The notes beneath the pieces are model-generated. The model was not told the DNA's origin. It searched no databases and saw nothing but the letters and a program-made list of their open reading frames with translations. DNA of 64,000 nt from Eledone cirrhosa (taxonomy: Eukaryota): positions 212,970,001-213,034,000 of the forward strand of contig OZ024740.1 of NCBI GenBank assembly GCA_964016885.1. The letters run 5' to 3'. Below are positions 55,690 to 64,000 of the stretch, piece after piece (position 1 is the first letter of the stretch; each line of letters starts with the position of its first letter). The position numbers were made by a program, and so were the translations under genes.

Positions 55690-56800
55690 AAATGATGGCT
55701 GTAAACTTTGCTAAGAGTATTGCAATCGCTTGTCAGTTTACAGAAAATGGTGCACCTTTAGGCTACGGCCAACCACACGAACCTGTATCATATCTTGAAC
55801 AAGCAATGCCTGTACTTTGAAGGTTTTTTAAGTGGGGAAAGGCCTTGCACTCGACCAATCCCACTCTCTGAGCATCGAAAACACTACCCGAAAAGGAGAA
55901 CTGGTCAACATCATCGGATGCTTCCGAAGCCGCAGGTTTTTTCAGTTTTCTTCTCCTAGAAAGGTGCTATGACAACAACTGGGGGTCTTTCATTCCCAGG
56001 TGAAAAGAAAATTGTGCTATTTGGATGGCCGTTGACTCTGCTGAGTTCCTCCGCCCTTTGCTGGGTCTTGTATTTCATCCCGCGGGGTGTCCAAATATCA
56101 CCCTCCTTACCAAGCAAGCTTGTTCCGGCTTGCCGGTTTAGTCACCGACGACCCGACCATGACACAGGTTGTACTGGGTTACAAACAAACATACATACAT
56201 GCATACATGCATACATACATAAATACATGGCGGTTGCCAACTCGTTTTCGAGTACGGCCACTACTTTATATCCATGTAGGAGAAACCCTACCGATGCGCT
56301 GAACGAGTGTGTCTTTTTAGTCCAGCCAGCGACTGAAAACTCTGGTACAAACACTACACTTGTGACAGTTATTGACACATAGTGCTGGGCCCATGGTACC
56401 ATGTGACGACAAGTGCAGAGAGATCTCCAGATATAAAGCAATGCCTGTGCCGTGAAGCTTTTATAGTTAGCAAAGGCACTGTACAAAGCCAGTCCCACTC
56501 TCTTAACCAAGATGATATTTACCAAAAAGAAGAACAAGTCAACATCATTGGATACCATCAGGGTTGCAGGTGTTATATCAGAGTTTTCCTTCTCCTAGAA
56601 TTCTGCCTTGACAAAGGCTAAGGGGTTATCTCTCCCGGTGATTTTGGATGGCCATTGATTCTTAAAAGCTCCTTTGCCCTTTGACAGGTTTTGTTTTTAG
56701 TCCTGCAGGATGTCCAAAGTCACCCTCCTCACCAAGAAACCTTGGTGGGTTGTCAGTTTAGTCGCCAACGACCCGACCATGAGACAGGTTGTACTTGGAT
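55690..56800 (-). mobile_element. Two tandem short non-coding RTE-derived elements with (ATGT)n tails
   Basis: On the minus strand they share GTAACCCAGTACAACCTG..GGTCGGGTCGT and AGGCA..TCTAGGAGAAGGAAAACTCTG, which resemble RTE 5' UTR motifs. Related copies lie at ~58325-58940 and 63068-63480. Confidence 0.6.
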
Positions 56801-56832
56801 ACATGTTACCAGTAGCACCAACTGGTGACCTG

Positions 56833-58300
56833 ACATGGAAACCTCTCAACACAGAGACAAATTTATCAGGACACCCGATCTTCCTGAGAATTTTTCACGG
56901 GGAAACTCTATTCACTGTATCAAAAGCCTTTGTCATATCGATACATACCTGATATATGTCCAGCTTCTACTGAATACATTTCTCCTGCAGCTGTCTCACC
57001 ATAAATACATACATACATACATGATGATGGTTACAACTCGATTTCGAGTAATATTATCGCTTGACACCTAAGCATGAACAGCACAGATGTGGCTTTTTAG
57101 TCCTGCTAGGGACTTGTACACTCTTGCACAGACACTGCAACAATGGGGGGCCTCTCTCAGTAAGTTTTACAGTTCTGTTTCGGTGTACCTTCAATGAAGT
57201 AAGCTCTTTACCACCCCCACAAACAGAAATGTCATACAATGCACAGTTGACAGTGTCCCCATGTACGTGGCTTCTCAGATGACTTCCAAAACCCATCCTA
57301 CTTAGACAAAACCTGCCATATTCTTTACAGGTTAAATCACCCTGCATGCCAAAATACTTAGACAAAACAGACTCGAGGCCTTTACGAGCACACTTTTAAT
57401 TTTGTCTCAATGGAAATACCATGCTGAGACCATAGACGTCCATCCAGTTTTCAAAAGGAATCACTTGCCTTCTTGATTCGGAGAGAAATTTCTTAATCCA
57501 GAGTATTGGTCATATTCAGTGCTGTCTAGATATACAAACTTATCCACGGCTTTCAATTTATGGTCATAGACTTATATATTTGGTGTAGAGTAAGCTTTGC
57601 TGGGATGCAGTTGGTACAACACCACATATTTTTTCAGACTGATTGTTAGGCCCAAAGCATTGAATGCTTTCGAAAAAGAATCCATGAGATGTCAGCGATA
57701 TAAATATCTTTGTTCTAGCAGCAAACCTTCTGACATTGAACATTTTAACTGTTGTTCGATATTTAATGTAGACCCCATGTGGGCAAGCTTCAAAACCATA
57801 AAGAAAACCATACCAAAGTACAATATCCCTTTGCTTAACACCCTTTTCAACCATAATGAGAACAGAGAGCTTACAACCCACATCAAAACTTGCCTTCATT
57901 CCATCATGGAAACCTCTCAACACAGATACAAATTTATCAGGACACCCGATCTTCCTGAGAATTTTTCACGGGGAAACTCTATTCACTGTATCAAAAGCCT
58001 TTATCATATCGATACATACCTGATACATGTCCAGCTTCTACTGAATACATTTCTCCTGCAGCTGTCTCACCATAAAAATCATGTCCCCTACCATTTCTAA
58101 GGCCACACTGAGATTCAGGAAGGCTTTCATCAGCGATGTTGTCAAGGAGTCTGTCTAGTATGATCCTACATTAAACCTTGCCTACAACAGATAGAATGGA
58201 TATCCCACGGCAATTGCTACAGTCGTCCTTTCCACCTTTGCCTTTATAGAAAACCGACATTAGTATATCTTTCCAATCATGTGGGCCACCACTCTCTTCA
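56833..58300 (-). mobile_element. RTE (BovB-like) RT fragments with a duplicated ~170-bp piece
   Basis: CSNCRGISILSVVGKV, RQLQEKC, ID..KAFDTV, FHDGM, GVKQ and YIKYRT..FN.RRF.A.TK. 56833-57004 matches 57906-58077. Confidence 0.82.
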
Positions 58301-59179
58301 ACATACATACACACATACATACAAACATGATGGCTGCCCCCCTCGTTATCGAGTATGGCCATTGCACGACATAACATTATAAATAATTATCAATTAATGC
58401 TATCGTGCAATGCTTGTGCGTGAATATTTTTTTAAAGTGAGGAAAGACTGTGCACTGAGCCAATCCCACTCTCTGAGCGACAGTAGCTATAACCAGAAAA
58501 AAAAAATATCAACATCATCGATAACTACTGAGTCGCAGGTTTTATATCGGAGATATCCCAGTTTCCTGAGTTTCCTTCTCTTAGAAGAATGCCCTGACAA
58601 AGGCTAGGGGTCCTTCACTCCCAGTGGTTTAACTGCGCGATCGGGTATCCAGACCGATTATTTCTATGTCCCCCTGCACATACATACACATGCATACATG
58701 TATATACATGTATATACATGTATATATATACACATATATATATACATGCATACATGTATATACATATTTACACATTTTGGGATGGCCGTTGACTCTTATG
58801 GGTTCTTCCGCCCTTTGTCAGGTTTTGGTTTTTGTCCTGCAGGGTGTCCAAAACCACCCTCCTCACCAAGTAGACTTGATGGGGGTTGCCGGTTTATTCG
58901 CCGACGACCCGACCATGTGACAGGTTGTACAGGTTGTACATACATAATACAAAGAAGGCATGCACAGTAGTGCATGCCTTCTTTGTATTATGTATGTATG
59001 TACATGTATGTATGTCTGCATGCATGCAGACATACATACATATCTACCTAGTTGATGTGTAAATTCCAATGAGAGAGTCTTGTAACTATGTTAGAAACCG
59101 ACTCTCTTTCTCTATTGGCAAAAATTGGTGAAATTATAAAGCCAGAACATACATACATACATACATGCATACATACATA

Positions 59180-60345
59180 CATAGACGAAATCCGAGCAGT
59201 TGATGTTAGAACTCGAAAAATACTAAACAACACCGGAAACTTCCACACCAACAGTGACATAGACCACCTTTACTTGAAACGTAAGCAGGGAGGCAGAGGC
59301 CTAACATTAGTCCAGACAGCATTTGAATGTCGTATCATATCCTTCCGACATCTACGAACCTCGAAGCGTAGGAGCCCGTCTCTGGAGCAAGTCTATTTGT
59401 ATGAAACAGATAAGATAATGAGAGTTGGGAAGGAACTCCTCGAGAGATATTCCCTGTGTGATAATCAAAAACTCACACCCAGGGAAATCGCTCAGCAATA
59501 TCGCAGTGAATCCATGGATGAAAAACTGCATGCCTATCAGCAAAAAATCATGCATGGATATGTTGCCAGGAAGCTCCAGAGTGAGAGTAGTATAGATAAG
59601 GAAAGTAGTCTATCTTGGACCAACAACCGCTATATTGGCTCCCACTTTGAAGGATACGCTTTTGCAATCCAGGAACTGGAGATTAGCATGAAATACCTGA
59701 TTCACAAAAGAGATAGGGATGCAGGCAAAACACCTTGATGTGATAACAAGTGCAGACTCTACAGAATTAACATCGAAGATGTCACCCATGTCATCAGCAG
59801 CTGTTCAAAGATGTCATCGCGGTACTATCTACCTATGAGACATGATGTAGTGGCCAAAACACTGTACAATGCAATCCGTAGAAAAGATAGCCCCGATAAT
59901 ATACACATCAAAAGCTACAGCAATGTGGAAGACATCCATATACATAATATGAAAGAGTACTGGTGGAATGTTCCAGTAAAAACCCAAATAAAATTCAGGC
60001 ATAACAGACCATATATTATGATATGGGACAGGGAAAAGAAAGGATGCACAGTAGTGGAAATTAGCTGCCCAGCAGATGCCAATATAATATCAAAGATTAG
60101 CGAAAAGGAGAATATTTATGCGGAACTGATGAGAAATCTGTAGATACTCCACCCTGATTACACCTTCAGATTTATGCCTGTGATTATTGGGGCACTGGGG
60201 GTATGTTAGTAACTGCCTCAATACAAATCTTGAGAAGCTAGGCTTCACAGGAACAGAAAGAACACAACTAGTTAGGAAATTACAAGTACAATCCATTAAT
60301 GGAACAGTAAAAATATGTAAAACATTCCAAATATTTTGCATCTAA
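59180..60345 (+). mobile_element. 5'-truncated R4-like LINE in (TACA)n
   Basis: FHTNSDIDHLYLKRKQGGRGL, EGYAFAIQE, CR....EDVTHVISSC, RHD, HNRP and VVEISCP. Confidence 0.85.
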
Positions 60346-60589
60346 TAACTGCATGTACATATACAAAGCATATACACATGCACACATACAACTCAAAACA
60401 TACACATCCACACATACAATGACATCCATATCTACACATGCATGCATACATACATATCTACCCAGTTGATGTGTAAATTCCATTGAGAGAGTCTTGTGTC
60501 TATGTTAGAAACCGACTCTCTCTCTATTGGGAAAAATTTGTGAAATTATAAAACCAGAAGAACAATCATATGTATTAACATCATATTAA

Positions 60590-62265
60590 CATCATACGAG
60601 ACCCGGATAGTAACACTGAAGCAACATCTTCAACAGAAGAAAAAGGTCAGCAACCATCTTGCACAGGTTTATGCGCATGAAGGTAATAATTGTTTCTACT
60701 TTTGGCACAAGGCCAGAAATTATCCCAGTACATTACTGGTGCTTTATTTTATCGACCCCGTAAGGATGAAAGGCAAAGCAAACCTCGGCGGGATTTGAAC
60801 TCAGGGCGTAAAGGGACATAATTCTATGCTGCAACTCTGACGCTCTACTGATACTGCCAATCCACCAAGGTAATAATATCATTAGGATAGCCATTGATCT
60901 GGAGGAGAGACATAGAATAAGGCCTGATATAAATCTCTCACCCAGGAACATTGGTAGATCCTATTTTAATATGGATCACTTAACAGAGAAAGTTGAGCAT
61001 TGGTACCTCAGACGAAAAGCACAGACTATAAATCATTCAAAATGCCTGGCATGGAGTTCCGACAAGATTATAACATCCCCCCTTGAAGGATATCTCTATG
61101 CAATAAAGGAACAAGAAATCCCTACTAAATATCTACTATACAAAAGTGGAGGGCCATCAGTCGACAAAAAATGAAGGCTATGTAAAACAAAGACCGAAAG
61201 TGTTAACTATATTGTTGCCAACTGTGAAAGAATGTCGTCTCGTTAATACCTCCCTGTGAGATGTGATGTGATAGCTAGAACCATCTAAAACGCACTAAGG
61301 AAAACAAAATTAGAAACAAATAAGGAGGAATATGTTGAATACTGGTGTAACCTGAAAATAAAAACTGTCACCAAATTAAAGCACAACCGGCCTGATATTG
61401 TTGTTTGGGACCACACATTGAAAACGTGATCTGTTGTAGAGATCAACTGCCCACTTGATGTCAACGTTGTAAGAAAAATACAGGAGAAGGAGGACATCAA
61501 GGGACCATTGATGAAAAGTTTGTAGATCCAGTATCCAAGATACATCTTCAGCTTCATACCCATCATTTTTGGAGCTACAGGTTATATACCAACTTGCTTT
61601 TACCAAAGTATGACTGAACTTAGATTTGTGAACAAAGAGCTTCTTCTTGTGACGCTAAACTCTGCCAGTTGCAGACTGCGCATCAACATGAGATATTTTT
61701 CTCCACAAAGTTCGATCACCAACAGCAGAGTTTAAAGAGCATAGATCAAGTCCAGTCCATAATTCAACATTATCAAACCATGGTTTTGGCTCCCGGCCTT
61801 TGTTTCTCTTACCAGCCAACCTTCCTTCCAGGTATAACCTACTCACACTATGAGTTGATCTTTTTATATGACCGTATAGTTTGAGCACTCTTGACTTGAT
61901 AATTGATGTAATTGATCTAAGTTTGGTAATGTTGAGCAGCTCATTGATACAGATACGGTTGGTGAGCTGCTTGCCAGTCATAAGTCTCATGATGTGGTTC
62001 TGGAATGTAGAGAGCTTCTGAAGTGATCTTGTCGTCCAATTAACACAGTCAAGACCATATAACACAACTGGTAGGATGTAAGTATCAAAGATCTTAGCCT
62101 TCAAATGGACAAAGAGCGCGGCTCCCTAATTCATAGACTACAAATGACCGCGATATCTGGCATCTTCAAAATTTGAAAAACATTCTTGCTATTCAAGGGA
62201 TAACAATTTCTTTTCTTTTACAACATTGCCACCAGGTCAAAATGTACTCGAAATTAAGAGAGAAA
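60590..62265 (+). mobile_element. Degenerate R4-like LINE interrupted by a SINE (60691-60866) and an RTE-like fragment (61641-62108)
   Basis: Homologous to 62361-63055. The nested inserts have target-site duplications AAGGTAATAAT and ACAAAGAGC. Confidence 0.8.
61641..62108 (-). mobile_element. RTE-like LINE 3' fragment with AAG tail
   Basis: IFDTYILPVVLYG, LYGHI.R, EGRL.GKR.KGR....W and DR.LWR; flanked by a 9-bp duplication. Confidence 0.8.
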
Positions 62266-62360
62266 GAACATACATACATACATACATACATACATACATG
62301 CATACACACATACATACATACATACATACATACATACATACATACATACATACATACATA

Positions 62361-63056
62361 AGAGGAGGGCACAAAAGAGGAGGGCCAGCAGCTGACAATA
62401 AATGTAGGCTATGTAAAACAAAGATCGAGGATGTAAGCCACATTGTTGCCAGCTGCGAAAGAATGTCATCTCGCTACTACCTCCCCATGAGACACGATGG
62501 GATAGCTAGAACTATCTGGAACGCACTTCGGAAAACAAAATTAACAACAAACGAGGAAGAATATATTGAGACAGATGGCACTAAGGAATACTGGTGGAAC
62601 CTGAAAATAAAAACTGCCACCAAATTAAAGCACAACCGGCCTGATATTGTAGTTTGGGACCACACATTGAAAACGTGTTCTGTTGTGGAGATCAGCTGCC
62701 CACTTGATGTAAACGTTGTCAGAAAAATACAGGAGAAGGAGGACATCTACGGACCATTGATGAGGAGCTTACAAATCCAGTATCCAAGATACACCTTTAG
62801 CTTCATACCCATCATTATTGGTGCTACGGGTTATATACCAACCCGCTTGGACCAAAGTATGACCGAACTTGGATTTGCGGACAAAAAGCGCAGCTCCCTA
62901 ATTCATAGTCTACAAATGGCTGCGATAGCTGGTACCTTCAAAATATGCAAAACATTCTTGCGATTCAAGGGATGACAATTTCTTTTCTTTTACAACCTTG
63001 CCACCAGGAAGGTGGCCGGTCAAAAAAATATACTCGAAATTAAGAGAAAGAGAAAA
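62361..63056 (+). mobile_element. 5'-truncated R4-like LINE with intact C-terminal frame, in (TACA)n
   Basis: [34 protein letters not shown] and IPIIIGATG; (TACA)n on both sides. Confidence 0.88.
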
Positions 63057-63067
63057 CATACATACAT

Positions 63068-63480
63068 ACATGGTGGCTGCCAACTCGTTTTCGAGTACGG
63101 CCACTACTTTATATCCATGTAGGAGAACCCCTACCGATGCGCTGAACGAGTGTGACTTTTCAGTCCGGCCAGCGACTTGAAAACTTTGGTACAAACACTA
63201 CACTTGTGACAATTATTGACACATAGTGCTGGGCCCATAGTACCATGTGACGACAAGTGCAGAGAGATCTCCAGATATAAAGCAATGCCTGTGCCGTGAA
63301 GCTTTTATAGTGAGCAAAGGCACTGCACAAAGCCATTCCCACTCTCTTAACCAAGATGATATTTACCAAAAAGAAGAACAAGTCAACATCATTGGATACC
63401 ATCAGGGTTGCAGGTGTTATATCAGAGTTTTCCTTCTCCTAGAATTCTGCCTTGACAAAGGCTAAGGGGTCATCTCTCCC
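63068..63480 (-). mobile_element. Short RTE-derived element, near-identical to 56226-56636
   Basis: About 410-bp direct match; bounded by (TACA)n. Confidence 0.75.
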
Positions 63481-63516
63481 TACATACATACATACATACA
63501 TACATACATACATACA

Positions 63517-63548
<32 letters not shown>

Positions 63549-64000
63549 CACTTGGTTCTTTACATTACTTTTCTTGATTTCCCCTTCACGACTGAATACG
63601 TTATGAGCATCGCCGAATCCTTTTACATGCATCTGTCCGTCTACCCCAGGCCGCTATAATCTGCCCACCTACCCAAGCAACACATATGTAAACCTATATG
63701 TCGTAATTGAAGGAACAGAACCGTGAGTCAGAAATCTTTGTCCACCTAGGCAGCATATTCAGCTATTCTTACCTTTTAACTGAAAAAGTATCTCTACGGC
63801 TTCAGAAGACAACTGAATTTTTTAGGACTTTTGAGTCATATGTCTAGTTCAAATATGAAATCATACGGTTAAATAAATAAGAAATATCGTACCTATAATT
63901 AACCAACTTCTCTTCTTTACTCATGTGAAACATGAACCCGTTACAAGTACCATATAAATGAGACAAAGTTAAAAGTGTATAATGCTTGTCTTTTCATCAG

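Noticed and set aside
56080-56190. HDV-like ribozyme in the RTE-derived elements
   Set aside because: I could not build the nested double pseudoknot by eye on either strand.

Overview
Eukaryotic, AT-rich, transposon-saturated animal DNA. The tRNA-derived SINE resembles the abundant octopod SINE, so a cephalopod source is inferred but not proven. One host gene can be assembled from splice signals and reading frame: coding exons 13490-13574, 14267-14313 and 48394-49293 give a 343-aa protein with an N-terminal signal anchor and an HtrL/YibB-like, probably GT-A-fold, domain, split by a 34-kb intron. The rest is repeats: six L1/Tx1-clade LINE copies (a head-to-tail array of three plus a relic on + in (TATC)n; two on - in (ATT)n), R4/Dong-like and CRE-like restriction-endonuclease LINE fragments, RTE fragments and short RTE derivatives, Penelope GIY-YIG fragments, fold-back inserts with hammerhead motifs, Helitron remnants, about a dozen SINEs, local duplications, a 5.5-kb 38-bp satellite and many microsatellites. 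The most notable signals are (i) a consensus 5' splice site overlapping or abutting the ORF1 stop codon in four diverged Tx1 elements, (ii) retroelement families that each sit in their own microsatellite, (iii) the spliced HtrL-like gene, and (iv) hammerhead-bearing hairpin inserts. Family assignments rest on motif recognition, not database searches, and many element boundaries are approximate.
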